Of a DNA stretch of 39,681 bases, positions 1 through 7,466 are shown piece after piece. How positions within the stretch are numbered: the stretch's first letter is position 1; each line of letters opens with the position of its first letter. The stretch spans positions 1 through 39,681 of the IMG/VR virus record IMGVR_UViG_3300045988_096728, one strand, 5' to 3'. The translations under genes were made by a program, and so were the position numbers. The notes under the pieces were generated by a model. It searched no databases. It was not told the origin of the DNA and saw only the letters and a program-made list of their open reading frames with translations. The DNA is from a virus.

Positions 1-32
1 TTAAAAGGAACCCGATATATCGTTACCCCGGC
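1..32. repeat. Terminal direct repeat copy 1 (identical to 39650..39681)
   Basis: ttaaaaggaacccgatatatcgttaccccggc at both ends; contains perfect palindrome CGATATATCG at 13..22. Confidence 0.95.
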
Positions 33-63
33 CGGAGGTTCGGCTCCTTTCTTTGATTTATTT

Positions 64-339
64 TTATCTGCTCCGGAGTTCTTTCAACTCCTCAAGCATA
101 TCTGCGATCTCTGTATGATACTGTCTGTTCAGTTCAATAGCTGTATCATCTGCATCTTCCAATCCAGCATATTTTGCTTCCCATCTCTCATGCTTGATAG
201 CTTCCTCAATCTCCATCATCTGCCACCTCTTCAAAACTACCGGATCCACAACTTGGGCACACTGCTGTATGTTCATATGCCGGCTGTCCCTGATATTCAC
301 CGATGCACTCCCGGACCATGTCCGGTTCATCAAACTCAT
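64..339 (-). CDS. hypothetical early protein
   Basis: 91-aa ORF co-oriented with the early operon, helical acidic C-terminus; start uncertain (ATG 339 or 330, or internal MNIQQ). Confidence 0.5.
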   Translation of the reverse strand: MSLMNRTWSGSASVNIRDSRHMNIQQCAQVVDPVVLKRWQMMEIEEAIKHERWEAKYAGLEDADDTAIELNRQYHTEIADMLEELKELRSR

Positions 340-356
340 AAAAGCAATCCGTGCAC

Positions 357-893
357 CTATACATCATCCTGTCTCCCTTCTAACATCATCTGGCTCCTGC
401 TCTGGATCCGCTGTATAGCACTTCTAAGCTGTACCGGAATCAAGGCATCCTTCTGTTTGCGTTTTGCCAGTTCTTCATACACAATCCGGAAATTTGCCCG
501 GTCTATGTCAATATTCTCACTTCTGCAGATGCTGACGAATCCACCGATCTGTTTCACAGTTCTGGCCGTCAGATCATCAAATGTGAACATTGCATCCTGC
601 GGTCTGTATGATCCATATATCCGGATCGCATGTAAGACAGTCTCCCATGCTTCGCTCCATGCCGGAATCTCGCCCTGCCTGACCTCACAGCACATCTGAC
701 GTATCTCTGCGATACTTGGGGACCATTTGTTTGTTGACACCCATTTGTTGAGTGCTGTCTCTGCCACTTCATACGGCAGATCCTGAAGCTGTCTGTACCA
801 GAGTTCCATCGCCGGTCTGTTCGGCAGTAAGTTCTCTCTCGGGTAATATGTCTTTAGTCCCATTGCAAACTTCGCAAACTCCTGTTCTGTCAT
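357..893 (-). CDS. replicative helicase loader, SPP1 G39P-like
   Basis: MTEQEFAKFAMGLKTYYPRE..ELWYRQLQDLPYEVAETALNKWV..SPSIAEIRQ fits the G39P loader N-terminal domain pattern; follows the replisome organiser; ORF is open to 947 (alternative ATGs at 947 and 932). Confidence 0.7.
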   Translation of the reverse strand: MTEQEFAKFAMGLKTYYPRENLLPNRPAMELWYRQLQDLPYEVAETALNKWVSTNKWSPSIAEIRQMCCEVRQGEIPAWSEAWETVLHAIRIYGSYRPQDAMFTFDDLTARTVKQIGGFVSICRSENIDIDRANFRIVYEELAKRKQKDALIPVQLRSAIQRIQSRSQMMLEGRQDDV

Positions 894-1062
894 TCCGCTT
901 CTTTGCTCCTCTCCAGTTCTCGCATCTGCCATATTCAAGCCTTGCATTGCCTATGTACGAATGATCCAGCTCACAGATATGCAATATCCTGCCTGTATCC
1001 GTTAATGTGCAAGTCTGATCATGCCGGCAGGTGCTGCATCGTTTATTTGCCGCTTTTTTCAT
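769..1062 (-). CDS. Cys-rich hypothetical protein (possible zinc ribbon)
   Basis: ATG 1062 has AGGAGA 6 nt upstream; CSTC..HICELDH..CEVC; the last ~125 nt overlap the loader ORF in another frame, so the 3' extent is doubtful. Confidence 0.35.
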   Translation of the reverse strand: MKKAANKRCSTCRHDQTCTLTDTGRILHICELDHSYIGNARLEYGRCENWRGAKKRNDRTGVCEVCNGTKDILPERELTAEQTGDGTLVQTASGSAV

Positions 1063-1387
1063 GTATGATCTCCTGTTTTGCTTTCTCGATAAGCTCAGTC
1101 AAAACTACCTCTCTCTGCTCATCGACCTGATCTGCTATGCCGAATAACTCTGCCAGTGCAGCAGTTGTGATCTGAGCCCATGCGATCTGCTCTGCAAGTG
1201 TATCGTTCATTTCTGCCACTTCACTTCTGGTTTCTCTCCTAGTCGTCTCATTGTTCCACCACCAGGTAAATACATTGATCAATAATGCAAAGCATGAAAT
1301 ACACTGTCTGACCAGACGACCCTTGCCATAATGTCTTGCGATCAACTTAATTTTTCTTGTTGCTGAATTATCCATCTCTTTTTTCAT
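1043..1387 (-). CDS. hypothetical protein
   Basis: 114-aa ORF; AGGGAGG 8 nt upstream of ATG 1387; overlaps the organiser stop by 20 nt (coupled). Confidence 0.55.
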   Translation of the reverse strand: MKKEMDNSATRKIKLIARHYGKGRLVRQCISCFALLINVFTWWWNNETTRRETRSEVAEMNDTLAEQIAWAQITTAALAELFGIADQVDEQREVVLTELIEKAKQEIIHEKSGK

Positions 1388-2303
1388 CTGCGAAGCCTCC
1401 CTTTTCTGCTCGTTCCTGCGCCCATTCAGCCATCATCTTGTATGATTCATCCAACTGATCCGCTACCCGGTTGTTCCCGGAATAATTTGTCTTTGCTGTC
1501 GGTGCTGTATTTGCATAGTTATCATCAAGGACCTTTGCCATGTTGGTATCCTTTAACAGCCAGTCAAATGTGGCTATCCAGTTTCTGTTGTTCTTGCCCT
1601 TCAAGAAGTCCGACGATTCAGCTTTCTTGAACATTTCCTCAAAATCAGCAAGCGTGTAATGATTAAGCCTTGCTTTGATTGCCTTTTTTCTGGCATCTGA
1701 TAAACACTTAACAACCGGGAGCGAAGGGCAATGGGCATTGTACATCTGGACAATGCGATCATAGTCGATTTTCTTTTCTTCTACTTCTTTTATCTCCCTC
1801 TTATCTCTTTCTTTATCTTCTTCTCTTTCTTCTTCTGCATCGTCTACAAGACATCTCGTAGAATCTACGGTAGAATCTACAGTAGATTCTACAAAGCTAT
1901 CTACAGTAGATTTTTTTGCTTTCTGTTTATCTCTCCATCTTGACTGAGCCATTCGCTTACTTTCTCTTATCTTATCCATGCCCTCAGTGTTCTGGTGTTC
2001 CTGCCATCTGGCAACCGTTATAAAATCACCAGATCTAATGATCATTCCAAGCTGTTCAAGAGATAAAATAGCCTGTTTTACGATGTTTTCCTTAAATCCA
2101 AGCTCATCAGCAAGCATCTTGGTTGTGTAAGGAATGTCCTCCGTAAGAAAGATTCTTCCATCAGAATTGCATTTTCCTGCCATTGTGAGTAACATAATCC
2201 AAATAAGAACAATATTGTTTCCATCCGGCAGTTTTCTCAAATGCTTGATCTTTCTATTGTCAAACATTCCGGTTGTAATCTTTATCCACTTCACATCTGC
2301 CAT
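1368..2303 (-). CDS. phage replisome organiser (Phage_rep_org_N + Phg_2220_C-like C-terminus)
   Basis: MADVKWIKITTGMFDNRKIKHLRKLPDGNNIVLIWIMLL.. is the replisome-organiser N-domain pattern; C-terminal ..SDFLKGKNNRNWIATFDWLLK.. is the conserved phage C-terminus pattern; ATG 2303 has AGGGTGA 5 nt upstream (ORF open to 2384). Confidence 0.9.
   Translation of the reverse strand: MADVKWIKITTGMFDNRKIKHLRKLPDGNNIVLIWIMLLTMAGKCNSDGRIFLTEDIPYTTKMLADELGFKENIVKQAILSLEQLGMIIRSGDFITVARWQEHQNTEGMDKIRESKRMAQSRWRDKQKAKKSTVDSFVESTVDSTVDSTRCLVDDAEEEREEDKERDKREIKEVEEKKIDYDRIVQMYNAHCPSLPVVKCLSDARKKAIKARLNHYTLADFEEMFKKAESSDFLKGKNNRNWIATFDWLLKDTNMAKVLDDNYANTAPTAKTNYSGNNRVADQLDESYKMMAEWAQERAEKGGFADEKRDG
1858..1911. 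repeat. 4.5 tandem 12-bp repeats (GTAGAATCTACR) inside the replisome-organiser gene; candidate iterons
   Basis: gtagaatctacg / gtagaatctaca / gtagattctaca / aagctatctaca / gtagat; TCTAC recurs every 12 nt; adjacent to a strongly strand-skewed pyrimidine tract about 1769..1836. Confidence 0.8.
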
Positions 2304-2655
2304 TCTGGTCACCCTTTCTTGCATACTCCCTGAAAGCCTGCTCATTCTTCTGCCGCATCGATCGCACATATCTGTTACCGGCAAGCCACGGATTTGCCGC
2401 CTGTATCTTCTGTCTTGTACGTCTCACTGTCTCGGTCGACGGAAGACCAAGCCCTGATCGATTCTCAAAGAATTTTTTTACCTGAATATGATCTATGTTG
2501 TATCCATGCTTTCTTTCTCCGATCAGCTTACATACAAGGTAATACAGGAAATCATCATTATTTCTTGCATCTGTATTTTTTTCAAGGATCTCATAAACGA
2601 CATCCTGTATTGAAATCAGTTCCTTTTTCTTTGCTTCGATAAGATCTGTTATCAT
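2260..2655 (-). CDS. hypothetical protein
   Basis: 131-aa ORF; AAGGAGG 10 nt upstream of ATG 2655. Confidence 0.6.
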   Translation of the reverse strand: MITDLIEAKKKELISIQDVVYEILEKNTDARNNDDFLYYLVCKLIGERKHGYNIDHIQVKKFFENRSGLGLPSTETVRRTRQKIQAANPWLAGNRYVRSMRQKNEQAFREYARKGDQNGRCEVDKDYNRNV

Positions 2656-2660
2656 ACCCT

Positions 2661-3071
2661 CTATACCTCCTTAATTCGTATTCCATAACGGTGGAGCATC
2701 AATTTCCGCTTAATTACATATTCTTTCGTTTTCATGCCCTTGGTGTCCTCTACAACTATGCAATCACCCTCTTTGTAGACAAAATCGGCAACATAGTAGC
2801 AGCTCTGCTCTATGACCTTACCGGGCTTATATTCGCCCTTATGAGGCCCAGCCTTATACATTTCAGTCGATTGTTCTCTCTGTCTCGGTATAAGCTCGTA
2901 TCTGACCTGTCTCTTGAGGTCTGTGATCTGTCCGGCTTTTTCCAGTAACTTAAGCTCCATATAACGGTTTGCTTCTTTCTTGGAATCAAATAGAATCCCA
3001 TCGACCTCAACCTTTTTATTCCTGTACTTTCTGCTATTCAACGATGCGCTCTTTATCCACTGTGGATTCAT
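2661..3071 (-). CDS. DUF1064-family protein (PD-(D/E)XK-like nuclease, possible resolvase)
   Basis: NKKVEVDGILFDSKKEANRYMELKLLEKAGQITDLKRQVRYEL and C-terminal ADFVY..VVEDTKG fit the DUF1064 pattern; ATG 3071 has AAAGGAG 9 nt upstream. Confidence 0.75.
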   Translation of the reverse strand: MNPQWIKSASLNSRKYRNKKVEVDGILFDSKKEANRYMELKLLEKAGQITDLKRQVRYELIPRQREQSTEMYKAGPHKGEYKPGKVIEQSCYYVADFVYKEGDCIVVEDTKGMKTKEYVIKRKLMLHRYGIRIKEV

Positions 3072-3166
3072 CAATCAATGCTCCTTTCTCCCTGCCACCG
3101 GATCAGCGGCAGGGCTATATACAATGGCTTATACTGTGTGATGTGTGTATCTGCCATGAACAAGTA

Positions 3167-3940
3167 TTATGAAAACAATGCAGCAGCGGCAGGATTCTGC
3201 TGTGTAGTCTGCTGTTCACTACTACCATTTTCCTGAATGTGCTCCTGTGATTCCTGCATATTATTTGAAGACTGCTGATCAGCAAGCTCCTGCTGTAGCT
3301 GTTCCACCGGCATTTCTACCGGTTCTTCCTGTCCAACTTCTTCTGCCGTATACATACCAGATATGATATTATGAGGAAATGACTCTCTAAGTGCCTGCAC
3401 AAGTGCCACTTTTCGGATCATTGTTGCCGGTTTCTTTGACCACTGACCATTTAATGATCCATCTTTTTTTCTTCCTGCATATTCATCCATGCTAACCTCA
3501 ACTCTGCAAGAATGTGATCTATCTTTTCTGAACACCTCTGCAAATCCACCTATAACAGTTTCGCTCGGAAGCTTAAATGTTCCTGTTCTATATTCGATCT
3601 CACCTGATTCCGTAGATACGATGATTCCTGAAACGCTACCATCATATGCAGGATGAGCTTCTGCACGCTTCTGAAAGGCTTCCTTACCAACAACCATTGT
3701 TGCTGGTTCATTTCCATATTTGATACAATAGGCTTCTTTAAGCCATGGATTCAAACCATTGAATCTGCACAGATTTATAAATACTGCAAGTTCATTAATT
3801 GTTACTGCTTCCTTGTTACCACTGACAAGATAATTTCTTACGGTTTCCGGTGAAAGGGAAATCTTCGTACCATTTGATTCATATTCAACAATATTAGATG
3901 TCTTCTTTGCTTTTGGTGCCAAACTATTATTAACTGCCAT
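3167..3940 (-). CDS. recT: RecT-family single-strand annealing recombinase
   Basis: ..LAVFINLCRFNGLNPWLKEAYCIKYG..MVVGKEAF..WSKKPATMIRKVALVQALRESFP.. is a typical RecT core; AGGAGG 8 nt upstream of ATG. Confidence 0.9.
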   Translation of the reverse strand: MAVNNSLAPKAKKTSNIVEYESNGTKISLSPETVRNYLVSGNKEAVTINELAVFINLCRFNGLNPWLKEAYCIKYGNEPATMVVGKEAFQKRAEAHPAYDGSVSGIIVSTESGEIEYRTGTFKLPSETVIGGFAEVFRKDRSHSCRVEVSMDEYAGRKKDGSLNGQWSKKPATMIRKVALVQALRESFPHNIISGMYTAEEVGQEEPVEMPVEQLQQELADQQSSNNMQESQEHIQENGSSEQQTTQQNPAAAALFS

Positions 3941-3952
3941 TTACTTTTCCTC

Positions 3953-4201
3953 CTAATGCATGATCATGTCTTTTAATGCCTTGAGAAACGCATCTTCGAA
4001 AATTGATGTCGGATCCTCTGTACTGTCCTTGTTACTATCGGCTTTCGCCAATATGGTGCACACATCCTGTATGAGACCTTTCATGCTCTCGTCAAGATCT
4101 TCTTCGGCTTTTGATACTTCCATAGCTCTGTTTATCAACTGCTCTGTAGCAAGTGATTCTCTTATTGCCTTCACTGTGAGTGCCAACTCCGATATAATCA
4201 A
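3953..4201 (-). CDS. hypothetical acidic helical protein
   Basis: 82-aa ORF filling the gap up to the recT RBS; first in-frame start is TTG 4201 without an SD (see finding on ATG 4253). Confidence 0.5.
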   Translation of the reverse strand: MIISELALTVKAIRESLATEQLINRAMEVSKAEEDLDESMKGLIQDVCTILAKADSNKDSTEDPTSIFEDAFLKALKDMIMH

Positions 4202-4265
4202 TCATCGGTGCTGATCCGTTTATTGATACTAATCCGCTTACTGCTTTAATCATCTTGTATACCTC

Positions 4266-5123
4266 CTAAATAGCTTTAAATTCTATGTTTCTCTCTGCAA
4301 ACCACAAGTTAAGTTCTTCGCCCTGCTTCTCTGTCATTATGGCTTCAAATCTCACAGGGAACTTTGGCTCACTCTGCGCCAGTTCGGACGGTGTCACAGC
4401 CTGCTTATTCTGTTCTGACGGTACTATAACCGTCTGTGAAAGTTCTTCCTTAATCTCCTGTGCCTTGCGTTCTTCCTGTGCCTTTCGTGCTTCTTCTGCT
4501 GCTTTGGCAGCGGCTTTCTTCTGTTCCATCTCTCTATTTTTCTGAACAACATCTACGGCTGTATCAATAAGCAGTGTTTCCTTGAAAGCCTCCATAGCCT
4601 CAAATGAAAACTCAGGGAACTGGCTTATTCTCAGAACATTGTCACCAATCTCATACATTCTTGACCGCATCTGTTCCTCAATGCTTTTCATCGAAGTGGA
4701 TGCATTCAGCCACTTAGGATCCCAAATCTTTTCAAGTGTAACGAAACTCTGAAAGCCCATGCCGGCAAACAGTTCTTCAATAGCTTTCTTCTTCTGTGCT
4801 TTCTGTTCATCATTGTAAGCAGCAATTCTCTCATCTATCACTGCAATAGGCTTATCAACGATTGCTATGAGCTCATTAATCTGAGACTTAAACTGATTGA
4901 ACGGCTTCATATATTCCTTCTCTTTTCTGATACGTTCAGAGTTCGCTGTATTCTTAAATTTGTTCAGCATTGCTCTATCTGCCTTAGCATCCTTGATCTG
5001 CTCATCTGTATATAAAAGAGATCCATAGTATTCAGCCTTATCCTTAAGTTCAGCCTTAAGTTCTTCAAAGTTTAAAACTTTAATCTCCTCCGGTATTGTT
5101 ACCTCATTCACTCTTAATTCCAT
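4266..5123 (-). CDS. DUF1351-family phage protein (RecT-associated)
   Basis: N-terminal ..EELKAELKDKAEYYGSLLYTDEQIKDAKADRAMLNKFKN.. fits the DUF1351 pattern and sits next to recT; ATG 5123 has GGGAGG 6 nt upstream (ORF open to 5129). Confidence 0.7.
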   Translation of the reverse strand: MELRVNEVTIPEEIKVLNFEELKAELKDKAEYYGSLLYTDEQIKDAKADRAMLNKFKNTANSERIRKEKEYMKPFNQFKSQINELIAIVDKPIAVIDERIAAYNDEQKAQKKKAIEELFAGMGFQSFVTLEKIWDPKWLNASTSMKSIEEQMRSRMYEIGDNVLRISQFPEFSFEAMEAFKETLLIDTAVDVVQKNREMEQKKAAAKAAEEARKAQEERKAQEIKEELSQTVIVPSEQNKQAVTPSELAQSEPKFPVRFEAIMTEKQGEELNLWFAERNIEFKAI

Positions 5124-5281
5124 GTACATCCTCCCACCATAGCCAGTTCATACTGACCATCTTTGTTTATTTTCATCATGCTCATGATCCGGTCTGTCTG
5201 TTTCTGTCTCTCCTCTTCACAGTCGCATCGCTCTCCCGGATCAAGATTCGCTCCGCAGTTACTGCAAATTCTGTAATACAT
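5114..5281 (-). CDS. small zinc-ribbon-like protein (55 aa)
   Basis: Not in the ORF track (<60 aa). MYYRICSNCGANLDPGERCDCEEE..; GGGGTGA 7 nt upstream of ATG 5281; fills an otherwise empty 170-nt gap. Confidence 0.5.
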   Translation of the reverse strand: MYYRICSNCGANLDPGERCDCEEERQKQTDRIMSMMKINKDGQYELAMVGGCTWN

Positions 5282-5299
5282 TTTTCTCTCACCCCTTTA

Positions 5300-5947
5300 C
5301 TATATTTCCGGTAATTTCAGTGCCGGTGCTTTTTTCATCTGTACATGCTCCCAGAACTTTGATTCTTCCTCAATCAGATACTTGATATCTTCTTCAACCT
5401 CCGACCGTTCTATCGGATAATGTCTTGTCTGTAAGTACACATTCTCTCCATATACAGATTTAAGCTGTGCCTTAAGTACAACGTAGTCAAACTCTGTAAC
5501 CATTAAGTAATGCAGCACCTGTATGTAATAGTTATCCGGTATCCTGTGATCCCACTTTTCTTTTTGCATGGACTGTAAGATATTCGTCGTCTTACATTCC
5601 CATATGCCTTTACGACCATCCTGATCTATGAGCCATCCATCAAGAGATGCATGTGCCCACGGATACTTGTCATTGAACCAAATGTTATTCTCTTCATAAC
5701 ACACCTGGTATTCCGGATAGTCCAATTTGAACAATTCCCTGAGAAGCGGCTCAGCTTCTGTTCCATATTTCACATATGGCTTATCCGATATATCCACCGG
5801 TTCAATTCCATATGCTTTTTCTTTCCAAAGCTCCACATTGCTTTTATATGGGTTCATTCCCACAATAGCCGAAGCATCCGAACCACCTATCTTTGTTCTT
5901 GCCTTGAGCCATTCTTCATGGCTTGATAACACTTTCATCTCAACCAT
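5300..5947 (-). CDS. YqaJ-like (lambda Exo-type) recombination exonuclease
   Basis: ..EEWLKARTKIGGSDASAIVGMNPYKS..ELW..GTEAEP..ASLDGWL..GIWECKT.. is the YqaJ motif set; ATG 5947 has AGGAGA 5 nt upstream (the longer 6118 start is unlikely). Confidence 0.85.
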   Translation of the reverse strand: MVEMKVLSSHEEWLKARTKIGGSDASAIVGMNPYKSNVELWKEKAYGIEPVDISDKPYVKYGTEAEPLLRELFKLDYPEYQVCYEENNIWFNDKYPWAHASLDGWLIDQDGRKGIWECKTTNILQSMQKEKWDHRIPDNYYIQVLHYLMVTEFDYVVLKAQLKSVYGENVYLQTRHYPIERSEVEEDIKYLIEEESKFWEHVQMKKAPALKLPEI

Positions 5948-6138
5948 GCTTTTCTCCTGCCTACCAGATAAGGGAGTGTCAGCAGCACTCCGGCAAATGC
6001 CTGTCCAAGGTGCGCATACCACGGTTCCACGATCCTCATATCTTCCGCAAATGCCACAGAGCTTGCCGCTCCATATATAAGCATGAAGCCAATAAAGAAC
6101 ATGATCCCAACAGCACATTTACATATCTTCTTTTTCAC
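5935..6138 (-). CDS. small membrane protein
   Basis: Two hydrophobic segments (AVGIMFFIGFMLIYGAASSV, AFAGVLLTLPYLV); GTG 6138 has GGGGTGA 7 nt upstream. Confidence 0.45.
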   Translation of the reverse strand: MKKKICKCAVGIMFFIGFMLIYGAASSVAFAEDMRIVEPWYAHLGQAFAGVLLTLPYLVGRRKAWLR

Positions 6139-6159
6139 TACCAACTCACCCCTTTCCTA

Positions 6160-6372
6160 TCATCCCATAGTTTTTATGAGATCATTTAACTGCTCTATTG
6201 TGATGCCCTGTCTCGCTGCAAGCTTCCCGGGAGAAATGTTGTAAGTCCAGATGCTTGACATCTTGATCGCATCACCTATATCCAATAAGTTTCTCTGCAT
6301 TCCAATCCGGATAAACTGAGGGGAGCATCCCATTACCTCAGCCGCCTGATTCGGTGTTATCTTCTTTACCAT
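6160..6372 (-). CDS. small HTH DNA-binding protein (possible excisionase-like/regulator)
   Basis: ITPNQAAEVMGCSPQFIRIGMQ is an HTH-like segment; AAAGGAG 8 nt upstream of ATG. Confidence 0.55.
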   Translation of the reverse strand: MVKKITPNQAAEVMGCSPQFIRIGMQRNLLDIGDAIKMSSIWTYNISPGKLAARQGITIEQLNDLIKTMG

Positions 6373-6459
6373 GTCGATTTCTCCTTTCTTTTCTTGATTT
6401 CCAAATGTCGAAAATCAACCTTCCGACAAATGTTCCAATGGCTATGCCAATGATCGTGC

Positions 6460-6588
6460 TTAACATGATTCTATTTTTACCCTTCTTCTGCTAAAACAAA
6501 TACATCTACCAAATGGCAGATTGATCTGTAACCATGATTCAACGTATCTGTTCCCATTCTCCGTGTATTTTGTTATGTAGTGATGCAT
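6460..6588 (-). CDS. small conserved-looking protein (42 aa)
   Basis: Not in the ORF track. MHHYITKYTENGNRYVESWLQINLPFGRCICFSRRRVKIESC; AAGGAG 6 nt upstream of ATG 6588; its stop overlaps the ATG (6466) of a further possible 42-aa TM peptide ORF. Confidence 0.4.
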   Translation of the reverse strand: MHHYITKYTENGNRYVESWLQINLPFGRCICFSRRRVKIESC

Positions 6589-6649
6589 GGGGCTCTCCTT
6601 TCTCACTGTTTTGTGTTACAATGGTAAAAAACTATGGAGGTTATCGCCT

Positions 6650-6979
6650 ATGTACGATTTTGATAAAATTGATTTAACCATGAAGGAAAAATACAAACTC
6701 TTTGTCACAAAGATTCGAAAAGAGTCACCTGCTGAATATTTTGGTGATTCATTTTCCTATTTGTCAGAAATAAAATTTATCCAAAAAAATCTGCGCAAAA
6801 TATCAAGAAACCAATATAATTACACATATTTTGTTACTGACAAATACCATCGTTATCTCATCCATCAAAGAAACAAAGTATTCTTTGGAATCCTTACATC
6901 GTTCATTACTCCTATAGTTGTGTCTGTAATTACATCAATAGTGACAGTGTTAGTCCTAAAATTATTAGGCATAGGATAA
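6650..6979 (+). CDS. C-terminally membrane-anchored protein on the lysogeny strand (moron-like)
   Basis: GGAGG 9 nt upstream of ATG 6650; upstream TGtTACAAT extended -10-like element (about 6613..6621); C-terminal TM FFGILTSFITPIVVSVITSIVTVLVLKLL; AT-rich; opposite orientation to its neighbours. Confidence 0.55.
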   Translation: MYDFDKIDLTMKEKYKLFVTKIRKESPAEYFGDSFSYLSEIKFIQKNLRKISRNQYNYTYFVTDKYHRYLIHQRNKVFFGILTSFITPIVVSVITSIVTVLVLKLLGIG

Positions 6980-7163
6980 GGATCGCAGTTCTATACTTGC
7001 GTTCCCTTCGGTACATGTAATCAAAAAACAATAGCTCCTCATCATTTACATGGTGGAACTCCTGCCAGTCTTTAAACTTCTCCAACAGTTCTTCCTGCCG
7101 CATTTCTTTGGCTATCTGTTTCATTTCCTTGTGTTCTTCTACCAGTCTTTTTATTATGTTCAT
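6930..7163 (-). CDS. hypothetical protein with C-terminal TM helix
   Basis: AAAGGAGAGGAG upstream of ATG 7163; C-terminal AILILCLIILGLTLSLLM; 3' end overlaps 6650..6979 by 50 nt. Confidence 0.5.
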   Translation of the reverse strand: MNIIKRLVEEHKEMKQIAKEMRQEELLEKFKDWQEFHHVNDEELLFFDYMYRRERKYRTAILILCLIILGLTLSLLM

Positions 7164-7184
7164 TCTCACTCTCCTCTCCTTTCT

Positions 7185-7200
7185 ATCACTTTAAGTGGAT
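7185..7200. promoter_or_regulatory. operator-like site (ATCACTTTAAGTGGAT, core CACT-N3-AGTG)
   Basis: Exact 16-nt copy of 7434..7449; lies at the 3' end of the cro-like gene. Confidence 0.6.
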
Positions 7201-7400
7201 TTCTTAGGCAAAAAAATATAGTCTAGTGGCATCTTATATAATCTGGATAGTGTATCCAGTATAGCAAAAGATGGCGTAACTATACCTTTTTCCCAGTTAA
7301 TCACAGTTTTTTTACTCACTTTAAGCTTTTTCGCAACATCTTCCTGTGTCATTCCAGCATTTACCCTTGCTGCAGCTAATGTAATCTTAACACTACGCAA
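7191..7400 (-). CDS. Cro-like XRE-family HTH repressor (first lytic-strand gene)
   Basis: AGMTQEDVAKKLKVSKKTVINWEKG is a typical XRE HTH; TTG start with AAGGAG 10 nt upstream; divergent from the CI-like gene. Confidence 0.85.
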   Translation of the reverse strand: MRSVKITLAAARVNAGMTQEDVAKKLKVSKKTVINWEKGIVTPSFAILDTLSRLYKMPLDYIFLPKKST

Positions 7401-7425
7401 CTGTTATCATCTCCTTTCACATATC

Positions 7426-7454
7426 AGAATACCATCACTTTAAGTGGATGTCAA
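7426..7454 (-). promoter_or_regulatory. early lytic promoter (TTGACA-17-TATTCT with TG at -15/-14)
   Basis: Minus-strand reading: ttgacatccacttaaagtgatggtattct; the spacer contains operator 7434..7449. Confidence 0.6.
7434..7449. promoter_or_regulatory. operator-like site (ATCACTTTAAGTGGAT)
   Basis: Imperfect palindrome CACTTTAAGTG between -35 and -10 of the lytic promoter. Confidence 0.6.
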
Positions 7455-7466
7455 CACTAAAAGTGA
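7455..7466. promoter_or_regulatory. operator-like site (CACTAAAAGTGA)
   Basis: Same CACT-N3-AGTG palindrome, centre 18 bp from the previous site. Confidence 0.5.

Noticed and set aside
115-699. 194-aa plus-strand ORF, plus similar long antisense ORFs at 8202..8720, 17782..18246, 21549..22121, 27004..27783 and 36496..36999
   Set aside because: All lie antisense to well-supported genes with recognisable family motifs. Their translations are low-complexity and Cys/Ser/Leu/Phe-rich, and they lack SD sequences. They are typical shadow ORFs.
6338-6466. Possible 42-aa TM peptide ORF (MLSTIIGIAIGTFVGRLIFDIW..) coupled to the 6460..6588 ORF
   Set aside because: Not listed as a feature. The SD is weak and the ORF overlaps the downstream HTH gene start by 35 nt. 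It may be real, but the sequence alone does not support it well.
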